Made by a program: the position numbers and the translations under genes. This document shows positions 18,125 to 27,308 of a stretch of 64,000 nt of DNA, piece by piece. The notes below the pieces were generated by a model. That model did no database searches and was not told the origin of the DNA. It saw nothing but the letters and a program-made list of their open reading frames with translations. Source of the stretch: Planctomycetota bacterium (GTDB lineage: Bacteria > Planctomycetota > SZUA-567 > H5-PLA8). Location: assembly GCA_045863855.1 (NCBI GenBank), contig BTVV01000010.1:28779-92778 (forward strand). The letters are read 5' to 3'. Position 1 is the first letter of the stretch. Every line of letters starts with the position of its first letter.

Positions 18125-19294
18125 TTACAAGCGTCCGCCCAGGCGCGTAAAGAGCGTCCGGGCGTACTCGTAGACGGTCCGTTCGTCGTCGTTCTGCGGC
18201 GTGTACTTCTTCATCACGATACCGAGCAACTGCTGCGCGCGGATGCGGTTCTTGCGTTCGAACTGCAGGAGCGCGTAATGCGCTTCGCAGTCGAGCTGCG
18301 TGCCGCCGGCCAGGTCGAGGCCTTTCTGGAAGGCGGCGGCCGCATGGGTGTAATGCCCAAGGATCTCGTTTTCCAGCGGCCGGAGCTGCTGGAGCAGCGC
18401 GAGATTCTCTTTGTAGACCTGCTGGATCTGAACTTTATTGCCGCTGCGCTTGGCCTGCTCGATCTTTTGCAGCATGGGCATGTACTTTTCGCGGTACTTG
18501 TCGCGGCCCTGGTAGCCGAGCTTGAGGTATGCGTGTCCGAGGCGTTGTTCGACGCGGACGGAGTCTTTCAGCTTCTGCGCGGCGAGGTACTTCTCGAGCG
18601 CTTCAGGAAGCTTGGCTTGGTCCAACAGCACGTTGCCCTCAAGAATCAGCTTCTCGTCGTCGCCGATGGCGATCTGGGTTTGAGCCAGCTTTTCGGCGTC
18701 GAGCTTGGCTTGGTGCCGCGCCTGCGCGTCCTTGGCTCGTCCGAGGGCGCGAAGCGACCAGTCGGTGCCTTGGGTCTCGTCGGCGACCTGGAACCACTTG
18801 AGCGCGATGGCGTGGTCGTTGCCCGCCTGGGTTTTCTCGAAGGCTTCGGCTTTGGCGAACGCTTTCTCGGCGGCGTTCGAGTCGAGCGCTTTGGACGGTT
18901 CGGGCGCTTCCGGCGGTTTGGGCGGCGGTCCGCTGACGGCGGGAGGCGATGCGCTGCCGCCGGCGGCCTTGCCCGGATCGCCTTTCTCCAGTTCCCGGAT
19001 GATGTTCAAGTTGGCGAAGCGGCGCGCCCAGAAGAGCGAAGCCGTCACTTCTTCGAGGATGGGTTCGACGTTTTTGGGATCGCTTTTAAGCAGTTCGTCG
19101 AGGATCGCTTCGGCGCGCTGGAGCTTGAAGACGGCCTGTGCGTAGACCTTCGGATCGGCGCTTTGCCCGGATTGCCCGCGCAGAATCTGAGCGGCTTCGT
19201 CCTTGAGTTGGCGGGCTTCGTCCATGGTCGCCGCGTGGAGCGCAGCAGGCAGTCCGAGCAGCAACAGGCCCAGCACGATCCTGATCGTTTGCAT
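18125..19294 (-). CDS. Secreted alpha-helical/TPR-like hypothetical protein
   Basis: Signal peptide MQTIRIVLGLLLLGLPAALHA; helical repeats; Pro-rich linker. Confidence 0.75.
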   Translation of the reverse strand: MQTIRIVLGLLLLGLPAALHAATMDEARQLKDEAAQILRGQSGQSADPKVYAQAVFKLQRAEAILDELLKSDPKNVEPILEEVTASLFWARRFANLNIIRELEKGDPGKAAGGSASPPAVSGPPPKPPEAPEPSKALDSNAAEKAFAKAEAFEKTQAGNDHAIALKWFQVADETQGTDWSLRALGRAKDAQARHQAKLDAEKLAQTQIAIGDDEKLILEGNVLLDQAKLPEALEKYLAAQKLKDSVRVEQRLGHAYLKLGYQGRDKYREKYMPMLQKIEQAKRSGNKVQIQQVYKENLALLQQLRPLENEILGHYTHAAAAFQKGLDLAGGTQLDCEAHYALLQFERKNRIRAQQLLGIVMKKYTPQNDDERTVYEYARTLFTRLGGRL

Positions 19295-19495
19295 ACCGTT
19301 CGTTCCCCGCATGAGCGCCGTGGCAAGGACGCGGCGTCGCTCGGTCAACTCAGCCGAAATCACGCCCGGCGGCGCGCGCCGGCAGCCGAGGGGCCGCTGC
19401 AATCGTATAACGATTGGATGCGGCTCGGCTTGCAGGCATAAGCCGAACTCAAAAGGGTATCGCCGCCGTTTCCGGCTCCGCTATACTACCTTATT

Positions 19496-20893
19496 ATGAA
19501 TCCCATGGACGCCCGCTTCCGGACAATTATCGAACCGTTCCGGATTAAGGTGGTGGAGCCGATCCCGTTTACCGATCGCGCCGAGCGGGCCGAATTGCTG
19601 GAAGTCGCGGGCTATAACCTCTTCAACCTGCCTTCGCGCAAAGTAACCATCGATTTGCTGACCGATTCGGGCACTGGGGCGATGTCGGTGCAGCAGTGGG
19701 CGCAGATGTTCAAGGGCGACGAAGCTTACGCGGGCGCGGAGAGCTGGCACCATTTGGACCGGACGGTGCGCGATCTGACGGGTTTCCGCTTCGTGCTGCC
19801 GTGCCATCAGGGTCGCGCGGCCGAGAAGCTGCTCTTTACGGTGCTGGGCGGCAGCGGCAAGGTGATCCCGAACAACAGCCACTTCGATACGACGCGCGCG
19901 CACGTCGAATACACGGGCGCGGAAGCCCGCGACCTGCCCTCACGGGCCACTGCCGACACGCAGCTTGAGGATCCCTTTAAGGGAAACATGAATCTGGAGG
20001 CGCTGGAACGGCTGCTGGAATCCGACGCCGACCGAGTGCCGCTGGTGGCGGTGACGATCACGAACAATTCGGCCGGCGGGCAGCCGGTGAGCATGGCGAA
20101 CCTGAAAGCCGTCCGGGCGCTGTGCGACCGCTTCAAGAAGCCGCTCTTCCTGGACGCCGCGCGCTTCGCGGAGAACGCATTCTTCGTCAAACAGCGCGAG
20201 CCGGAATATGCCGAACGTTCGGTGCGAGCCATCGCCGAAGAGGCGTTCCGGTTGGCCGATGGCTGCTGGATCAGCGCCAAGAAAGACGGGATGGTGAACA
20301 TCGGCGGCCTGCTTGCGTTCAACGACGAAGCGTTGCACGAGCCGCTGCGCAACCTGCTGATTCTGAACGAAGGTTTTCCGACCTATGGCGGCTTGGCCGG
20401 GCGCGACCTGGAAGGGCTGGCTCAAGGGCTGCTGGAAGTGACCGACGAGGACTATCTGCGCTACCGCGCACGGAGCGTGGAGTACTTGGGCCGCGGCTTG
20501 GAGGAGTCCGGCGTTCCGGTGCTCAAGCCGTTCGGCGGGCACGCGGTGTACATCGATGCGCGGCGCTTCCTGCCGCGCATGCCGGCGCATCGCTTTCCGG
20601 CGCAGGCGGTCTCGGCGGCGCTGTACCTGGAAGGCGGGATTCGCAGCGTCGAAATCGGGAGCCTGATGTTCGGGCGTAAGGATCCGCAGACGGGGCAGGA
20701 GTATCCCGCGCCGCAGGAACTGGTGCGTTTGGCGCTGCCGCGGCGCGTGTACACGCAGGCGCACGTGGATTACTGCATCGAAGTGGGCGCGTATCTGGCG
20801 GCGCATAAGGATGAGATTCGGGGGCTTCGGATCGTGCAGGAAGCTCCGATTCTGCGGCACTTTACGGCGCGGCTGGCGCCGGTGAGCGAATAG
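19496..20893 (+). CDS. tnaA: Tryptophanase (PLP-dependent beta-eliminating lyase)
   Basis: IEPFRIK, IDLLTDSGT, SAKKD (PLP lysine), PRRVYT. HFDTT and LRHFTA match tryptophanase rather than tyrosine phenol-lyase (FTTT / LRFFTA). Confidence 0.88.
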   Translation: MNPMDARFRTIIEPFRIKVVEPIPFTDRAERAELLEVAGYNLFNLPSRKVTIDLLTDSGTGAMSVQQWAQMFKGDEAYAGAESWHHLDRTVRDLTGFRFVLPCHQGRAAEKLLFTVLGGSGKVIPNNSHFDTTRAHVEYTGAEARDLPSRATADTQLEDPFKGNMNLEALERLLESDADRVPLVAVTITNNSAGGQPVSMANLKAVRALCDRFKKPLFLDAARFAENAFFVKQREPEYAERSVRAIAEEAFRLADGCWISAKKDGMVNIGGLLAFNDEALHEPLRNLLILNEGFPTYGGLAGRDLEGLAQGLLEVTDEDYLRYRARSVEYLGRGLEESGVPVLKPFGGHAVYIDARRFLPRMPAHRFPAQAVSAALYLEGGIRSVEIGSLMFGRKDPQTGQEYPAPQELVRLALPRRVYTQAHVDYCIEVGAYLAAHKDEIRGLRIVQEAPILRHFTARLAPVSE

Positions 20894-21036
20894 CGCGACG
20901 TGAAACCGATTTGTGACCGAACCGCCAGCTCCGTGGTCCGATACTCTTGCGGTAACACGGGTGCTTGATGGGATTTTACGGAACTCGTCCAAAAGATTTT
21001 ACCGGATCGAGATAATGTATCCTGTTAGAGCCCGTT

Positions 21037-24030
21037 ATGTTGGTGGCAGGCCGGAGGATCTCGCGCGCCGTGCATCCTGTGCTTAAGCGATGGGCTTTGC
21101 AGACGGGCAACCTCCGGTGCGCCGGAGTCTTGCTGGCGCTGCTGAGCGTCTGCGCCGGCGCGCTGCTGGCGGGCGAAGCGGGAGCACCCCCGGCCGGCCA
21201 AGCCGCCAAAACCGGCGACGGGAAGAAAGAAAAGCCCAAGATCCCGCCGTTCAAGGTTTCGGCCTGGTGCGCGTTTCGCGATTACTTAGGCGCGCAGAAG
21301 CAGGCGCAGAATATCGAAGCGGAAAAGAACGAAGAGACGCGGCCGGAGAGCCGGTTCTGGGGCGGTTTCGGCCGACGCGGACAGTGGGTCCGGCTGGTGG
21401 TCGAGCTGCAGAATACGACCGAAAAAGATCTGTACGTGGGAAACATGCGGATCCGGCTGGACCCCAGCGAAGAAGGCACCGAATCGGGCCAGAAGCCGTA
21501 TACGACGACCTACCGGCAGGATTTCGAACTGCCGCCCGGCCCGCCCAAGCAATTCACCTTCAGCGTGCTGTGTCCGGAGTTTATCTTTGGGCAGATCGAT
21601 ATCGACATCACGGCGAACGGGATTCCGTTTCGGCGCGGGGTGAGTTTGTACGACCTGGACCGTTCGGCGCAAAAGGGCGAAGACTTGGTGGTGGTGGTGT
21701 CCGAAGACGCCGGGTCGTTCAAGCACCTGCTTCCGCAGCGGCGCTACACGGGGGACGATCTGCCAGCGGAGTACGCCGATCCGGGCGCCACGGGCGTGCG
21801 AGGGCGGCAGGTGGCGGTGGTGCAACCCAGCGAGCTGCCGGATGCATGGCATGACTTGACGGTCGCCAGCCTGATCGTCCTGGACGGACCGCCGCGCGAA
21901 GCGTTCAGCGACGCGCAGTTGACGGCGCTCGAAACGTACTGCCAAGCCGGCGGCCAGATCCTGATCAGCAGCGGGAACGATCCGGCGCGTCTGAAGCCGG
22001 CCGAGGGTCAGACGCTGAGTCTGGCGGATCTGGCGGGCTTGAAGGTGTTGCAGGCCGGCAAGCTGCCGAACATCGACCTGTTTCCGGGATTCAATCCGAC
22101 CACGGAAGGCTGGTCGCTGCCGATCGTCGAAGTGGCGCCGCGCGCGACGCTGGGCGAGGTTACGGTCTGGCGCAACAAGGCGACGGGGCTGGTCGAGCAG
22201 TCGATGCGTCCGGTGGGGTTGGGCGCGGTGCATTTCGTGGCGTTCTCGTTGCGCGACGAACTGCTGCGCAATTGGCAGGGCCGGAACGATATTCCGGTGG
22301 CGATCCTTCAATCGGCCAAGCGGCGCGCGATGTTTCTATACGAAGACGTCGACTACTCGAACATGGCGCAGCAGACCGAAGACTGGAACTGGAACGGCGA
22401 AGCGAAGCCGAACGTGCAGCGGCAGAGCTTGCCGTGGTTGCGGCAGGAACTGGACCGCAGCTTTACCTCGGATACGCCGGTGGCCACGCAGCCTCCGGGC
22501 ATGGTGGCGTCTTTTCTTTTGCTTTATCTGCTCGCCGCGGTGCCGCTCAATTATCTGCTCTTCGGCTGGCTGAAACGCCGCGAGGCGGCTTGGCTGGCGG
22601 TGCCGGGCTGGGCTGTGCTCTTTTCGATCGGCGCGTACTACGTGGGTTACGCCGGCCAGCAGGGCAAGCTGACGGTGGACGAGGTCTCGATTGTCGAAGC
22701 CGGTCCGCAGCAGGCGAGCGCGGTGGCGCGCACCTTCCTTAATGTGTACGCGCCGGCACGGGACTCGTACGACCTGAAATTCTCCGGCGAAGGGTTGCCG
22801 CTGCAGGTGATCCAAGGGGCGCCGGGTCATTTGATCAGCCCGGAGTTCGGGACGCGCGGGATCACGGACGTGCTGCCTGAGTTGGACCTGATCGAGACGC
22901 CGGACGGGATGCTGGTGAACGACCTGCTGATTCAGTCGCGCTCGACGCGTCGGCTGGAAGTGAATCACCGCGTGCCTTTGGGCGAGGGAGTCGATGCGCG
23001 TATCAAGGTCGATGAGAAAACTCGCCAGTACGAGGTGAAGATTCAGAACAGGACGCATCTGGTCCTGTTAGACGCGGCGCTGCTGATGCGGCTGGACGAT
23101 GCGCGGCAGTGGGCGGTGCCGGTGGGGCACTTGTCGCCGGGCGAAGCCGAGCCGAAGGTGTTGCGGCTGCCGATGAGCAAAGGCGGTGCGGTCGAGGCGG
23201 GCACGCCGGCGTGGGACGATATTCACCAAGTCTTCTTCGGGAAGCCCCCTACGTTTCGGTCGGCACGCGGACAGTGGGCGCAGGAGCGCGCGCAGAACGT
23301 GAGCGCGTACATATCATCGCGGATTCAGCGCGCGGGCGACGCGGTGATTGTAGCGTGGGCCGACGGCGGGATGCTTCCGGTGAGCGTGGGGGACGACTCT
23401 CCGCGCGATAAGCGCGGCTTCTCGCTGGTGGTGATTCCCGTGCCGATCGATACGGGCAAAGCGCCCGTGCGCGGCGGATTCCGGATTCAAGTCAGCCAGG
23501 ACGCCGAGATCGACGCGCAAACGCAGAACTGGGGCGCCTTGAACGCCGGTGACGGCGCGCGGCTGAGCATGCAGACGCGCGAAGACGCGGCGCTGCAATA
23601 CCGTATCGATCCGCCGGAAGACGTGACCAAGCTGAGCCAGCCGGAACTGGAAATAGCCTTCTTCCTGTACGCCGAATCGCGCGACGACGCCTCGCAGGGC
23701 CTGCCGCTGGGCCAGCGCCCGCGGACGGTTCCTTCGCGCTACGACGGTACGCCGATCGTGGAAGTGATGGAGCGGCAGCAGGACGGCCGCCCGCGCTGGA
23801 AGCGACTCATGCCCGCATTGAAGTCGTTCGGCATCGGAGTTTCTGAGCGGACGCCAACGTACCGATGCGCGATTCCGCTTTCGCGCGGGATGCTGGGGAC
23901 GGACAACCGCGTGCAGGTTCGCATCGCGGTGCCGAAGCTGCGGGTGACCGGCGCGATGGATAACACGTGGAATGCGTGGACGCTTCGGGTCGAGAGCTTT
24001 ACGCCCGCGATTAAGGAAAAAGGCCGCTAA
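21037..24030 (+). CDS. Large membrane-anchored ABC-transporter-associated protein with a GATase-like (DUF4350-like) domain
   Basis: Signal-like N-terminus, QLTALETYCQAGGQILIS segment, central TM hairpin (LLLYLLAAVPLNYLLF...KRREAAWLAVP). Upstream of the ABC ATPase. The true start may lie slightly downstream. Confidence 0.7.
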   Translation: MLVAGRRISRAVHPVLKRWALQTGNLRCAGVLLALLSVCAGALLAGEAGAPPAGQAAKTGDGKKEKPKIPPFKVSAWCAFRDYLGAQKQAQNIEAEKNEETRPESRFWGGFGRRGQWVRLVVELQNTTEKDLYVGNMRIRLDPSEEGTESGQKPYTTTYRQDFELPPGPPKQFTFSVLCPEFIFGQIDIDITANGIPFRRGVSLYDLDRSAQKGEDLVVVVSEDAGSFKHLLPQRRYTGDDLPAEYADPGATGVRGRQVAVVQPSELPDAWHDLTVASLIVLDGPPREAFSDAQLTALETYCQAGGQILISSGNDPARLKPAEGQTLSLADLAGLKVLQAGKLPNIDLFPGFNPTTEGWSLPIVEVAPRATLGEVTVWRNKATGLVEQSMRPVGLGAVHFVAFSLRDELLRNWQGRNDIPVAILQSAKRRAMFLYEDVDYSNMAQQTEDWNWNGEAKPNVQRQSLPWLRQELDRSFTSDTPVATQPPGMVASFLLLYLLAAVPLNYLLFGWLKRREAAWLAVPGWAVLFSIGAYYVGYAGQQGKLTVDEVSIVEAGPQQASAVARTFLNVYAPARDSYDLKFSGEGLPLQVIQGAPGHLISPEFGTRGITDVLPELDLIETPDGMLVNDLLIQSRSTRRLEVNHRVPLGEGVDARIKVDEKTRQYEVKIQNRTHLVLLDAALLMRLDDARQWAVPVGHLSPGEAEPKVLRLPMSKGGAVEAGTPAWDDIHQVFFGKPPTFRSARGQWAQERAQNVSAYISSRIQRAGDAVIVAWADGGMLPVSVGDDSPRDKRGFSLVVIPVPIDTGKAPVRGGFRIQVSQDAEIDAQTQNWGALNAGDGARLSMQTREDAALQYRIDPPEDVTKLSQPELEIAFFLYAESRDDASQGLPLGQRPRTVPSRYDGTPIVEVMERQQDGRPRWKRLMPALKSFGIGVSERTPTYRCAIPLSRGMLGTDNRVQVRIAVPKLRVTGAMDNTWNAWTLRVESFTPAIKEKGR

Positions 24031-24042
24031 AGGGACGGAGCG

Positions 24043-24969
24043 ATGATCAAGATTCGCGGGTTCAGCAAGCGCTACGACAGCTTCGTCGCTGTGGATGGTC
24101 TGGACCTGGATATCGAGCAGGGCGACGTCTTCGGCTTTATCGGGCCCAATGGCGCGGGGAAGACGACGACCATCCGCTTCCTGGCGACGCTCTTGAAACC
24201 TACGGCGGGGCAGGGCTGGATCAACGGGTACTCGGTAACGCAGCAGATTGACCAGGTGAAGCGCAGCATCGGCTTCATGCCCGATACGTTCGGCGTTTAC
24301 GACGGCATGAAAGTTTGGGAATTTCTGGACTTCTTCGCCACGGCGTACGGGCTGCCGCGCAGCAAGCGCCGCGCGCTGATCGACGACGTGCTGGATCTGG
24401 TGGACCTGACGAGCAAGAAGGACACACTGGTAAACGGGCTTTCGCGCGGCATGCAGCAGCGGCTGTGCTTGGCGAAGACGCTGGTGCACGATCCGCCGGT
24501 GCTGATTTTGGACGAACCGGCCAGCGGACTGGACCCCCGCGCGCGCGTCGAGATGAAGGCGCTGCTGCGCGAACTGCAACGCATGGGCAAGACGATCCTG
24601 ATCAGCAGCCACATCCTTCCGGAACTCGCGGACTTCTGCAACAAGATCGGGATCATCGAGCGCGGGAAGCTGCTTGCCGCCGGTCCGGTGAAGGACGTGA
24701 TTAAATCGATTCGGCAGGCGCGGGTGATCAAGGTGGTAGTGGACGACAAGTACGAAGCGTGCGAGGTGGTGCTGGCGCATCACGAGCACGTGCGCAATCT
24801 GACGCACGCGGAAGGCGAGTTCAAGTTCGAGTTTATCGGAAACGACGACGCGGTGGTGAAGCTGCACCGCAATCTGATGGATCAGCAGATTCCGGTGGTC
24901 TGGTTCGCCGAAGAAGAAGCGGACCTGGAAGAGGCGTTCATGAAGATTACCAAGGGCCTGGTGGCATAA
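24043..24969 (+). CDS. ABC transporter ATP-binding protein
   Basis: Walker A GPNGAGKTT, signature LSRGMQQR, Walker B LILDEP, H-loop SSH. Confidence 0.96.
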   Translation: MIKIRGFSKRYDSFVAVDGLDLDIEQGDVFGFIGPNGAGKTTTIRFLATLLKPTAGQGWINGYSVTQQIDQVKRSIGFMPDTFGVYDGMKVWEFLDFFATAYGLPRSKRRALIDDVLDLVDLTSKKDTLVNGLSRGMQQRLCLAKTLVHDPPVLILDEPASGLDPRARVEMKALLRELQRMGKTILISSHILPELADFCNKIGIIERGKLLAAGPVKDVIKSIRQARVIKVVVDDKYEACEVVLAHHEHVRNLTHAEGEFKFEFIGNDDAVVKLHRNLMDQQIPVVWFAEEEADLEEAFMKITKGLVA

Positions 24970-24976
24970 GCGATTC

Positions 24977-26761
24977 ATGGCAGAACGCGTGGAAGTGACG
25001 CCTGAAGGAGGCGCGCCCGGCGAAGCCGGGACCGGCGCGGCGGTCCCGCCGGCCGACGCGCCGCCGGCTCATGCCCGCGAAGCGATGCGTGAGGCGCGCG
25101 AACGCCTTCGCGAGAAGCGCGGGCTGGTAGAGCGCGTCTTTCTGGCCATCGATAACCCGGTGCTGCGCCGCGAACTGCTCACCGCACTGCGCAGTAATAA
25201 AGCCTTTATTCTTCAATTCATTTTCCTGTTCGTGCTGGGCGCGGTGGTCCGGCTGGCGTGGCCGGAAGAAGAGATCAGCACGCGCAGCGAACGCGCGCGC
25301 ACGCTTTTTCGCATCTTCGGGCAGGGCCAATTGGTGCTGCTGAGCGTGCTCTCGCCGGCCTTCAGCGCCAGCGCGATGACGATGGAGAAGGAAAAGCGCG
25401 CCATCGATCTGCTGATGACCAGTCCGATCAAGCCCGGCACGATTCTGATGGGCAAATACCTGAGCAGCGTCCTTTACCTCTTCCTGCTTGTGTTTTCGAC
25501 TATTCCCATCGTCAGCGTCTGCATGTGGCTGCCCGGCATCGATCCGTATCAGATCGCGGGGCTGTATGTATTATTGATGTCGGTGGCGGCGAGTTTCGGG
25601 ATGATCGGCTTGACGTGTTCGACGTTTTTCCACCGCAGCCAGATCTCGCTTTCGATCACCTATCTGGTGGTGCTGCCGCTCGCGGTGATCCTGCTGGTGT
25701 TTTCACGCGCCTTCGACGGTTTCTTCGTGCTGGGCGCGGCGATATGGCCGTCGGGGCTGCTTCTGTTCGCCACCTTCGTAATGTATCAGGCCTGCTTGAA
25801 GCGGTTGCGCCAGCCCTTCGATCCGGTGTTCAAGGCCGCCGAAGAGGAGGATATCAGCACACAGACGGGCCTGGTGCTGGTGCGCGACCGCTTCCCCGAT
25901 AACCTCCTGGCTCCGCCGAAAGACGACGCCCTGTTGCCGGACCGCGGGAATCCGATTTACCAGAAGGAAATCCGAAGCGAAATCTTCGGGCGCGGGACGC
26001 TGTTCCTGCGCCTGATCATCCAGATCAGCATGTTTCTTTCCGTGGTATTTCTGACCTTCCTGTACCTGAAAAAAGAGTACGTCTTCGTCGATTACCTGGT
26101 TGTTTTCACGATGCTGGTCGCGCCGGCCTTCGCGTGCAACACGTTCACGCAAGAGCGTGAGCGGGGCACGCTGGAGTTGCTGCTAACCACGCTGATCCAC
26201 CCGCATCAGGTAGTGAGCGGCAAATTCCTGGCGTGCTTCCGACTGAGCTTGTTCCTCACCGCGCTGGTGGGTGTAACGCTGCTTTTCTATCTGCTGGTAG
26301 GTGGAAACGCGCCCAACACGACGGGACTCTCGGCGCTGGCGGGCCGCGTCGGCTTCTTCGGCATTTACCTGCTGATCCTGGGCGGGACGATCGTCTTCGA
26401 GACCGCGCTGGGGATGTTCTTCAGTCTCGTCTGCCGCAGCACGTTGCAGAGCATGATCATGACCTACAGCGTAATCTTGCTCTTCTTCGGCGTGCCGATG
26501 GCCGTGAAGGCGCTGCTGTACCTCACGATGCCGGCCGAGCGTCTCCCCGAGGAGTCCATCGCGTGGGCGTGTTTTACGAGCCCGTTCGAAGCGATCTATT
26601 CGGTGACGTGGAAGCAGGTGGGTTCGTCGATGGAACTGCGCAAGCCCACGATGATCTGGCCGGCCTACCTGGGCTTTGCGCTGACCATGAGCGGCATACT
26701 GATGGGTTATATTTACGGGACGTTCGAGCGATGGGCGACGAAGGTGAACCGGCCGCAGTAG
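24977..26761 (+). CDS. ABC-2 type permease with internal duplication
   Basis: Two repeats: NPVLRREL...EKEKRAIDLLMTSP...GKY and NPIYQKEI...ERERGTLELLLTT...GKF. Confidence 0.88.
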   Translation: MAERVEVTPEGGAPGEAGTGAAVPPADAPPAHAREAMREARERLREKRGLVERVFLAIDNPVLRRELLTALRSNKAFILQFIFLFVLGAVVRLAWPEEEISTRSERARTLFRIFGQGQLVLLSVLSPAFSASAMTMEKEKRAIDLLMTSPIKPGTILMGKYLSSVLYLFLLVFSTIPIVSVCMWLPGIDPYQIAGLYVLLMSVAASFGMIGLTCSTFFHRSQISLSITYLVVLPLAVILLVFSRAFDGFFVLGAAIWPSGLLLFATFVMYQACLKRLRQPFDPVFKAAEEEDISTQTGLVLVRDRFPDNLLAPPKDDALLPDRGNPIYQKEIRSEIFGRGTLFLRLIIQISMFLSVVFLTFLYLKKEYVFVDYLVVFTMLVAPAFACNTFTQERERGTLELLLTTLIHPHQVVSGKFLACFRLSLFLTALVGVTLLFYLLVGGNAPNTTGLSALAGRVGFFGIYLLILGGTIVFETALGMFFSLVCRSTLQSMIMTYSVILLFFGVPMAVKALLYLTMPAERLPEESIAWACFTSPFEAIYSVTWKQVGSSMELRKPTMIWPAYLGFALTMSGILMGYIYGTFERWATKVNRPQ

Positions 26762-26828
26762 CGGAGCGGTGAAATTCCAAACTCAAAACTAATACGCCTA
26801 TTGCTACCAGTTGTGTGAATCCGGTCTG

Positions 26829-27308
26829 TCAATACGTACGCTTATGCGGGTCGGCGTTCCATAGTTCGAAGGGTTCGAAAGCGGGGACTTCAAGCCGGCG
26901 GCAAGGGACGGTCCGCGACTCGGGCGGGAGCGCCAGTTGCGCGTAGAGGCCGGCATCCAGGAATCCGGCGGCCGCGGCATCGTGGCGCGTTGCGGCATAG
27001 TACACGGCGCTGATGCCGGCCCAACAGGCCGCGGCAAAGCACATGGGACAGGGCTCGCAGCTCGCGTATAGCACCGCGCCGGGCAGATGGGGCGATCCGG
27101 CTTTCGCGCAGGCATCACGCAGGGCGAGAATCTCGGCGTGCGCGGTGGGATCGTGCATGGCCGTGACCCGATTGGCTCCGCGACCCCACACCGAACCGTT
27201 CTTCACCAGCAGCGCCCCGAAGGGGCCTCCGGCGCGGGTGCGCGCGGACTCCACGGCCAGCGCAATCGCTTCGCGCAACCACGCGGCATGATCCGGTTCG
27301 GCGGTCAG
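26829..27308 (-). CDS. Nucleoside/guanine deaminase (cytidine deaminase fold)
   Basis: GGPFGA, DPTAHAE, CEPCPMC zinc motifs. Start uncertain: TTG 27278 or CTG 27308 overlapping the upstream stop. Confidence 0.9.
   Translation of the reverse strand: MTAEPDHAAWLREAIALAVESARTRAGGPFGALLVKNGSVWGRGANRVTAMHDPTAHAEILALRDACAKAGSPHLPGAVLYASCEPCPMCFAAACWAGISAVYYAATRHDAAAAGFLDAGLYAQLALPPESRTVPCRRLEVPAFEPFELWNADPHKRTY

Noticed and set aside
19295..19495. TnaC-like leader peptide upstream of tnaA
   Set aside because: No short Trp-containing ORF with a TnaC-like motif was evident; the region is a short divergent intergenic spacer.
19496..20893. Tyrosine phenol-lyase (tpl) assignment
   Set aside because: The diagnostic FDTT and LRHF residues match tryptophanase.
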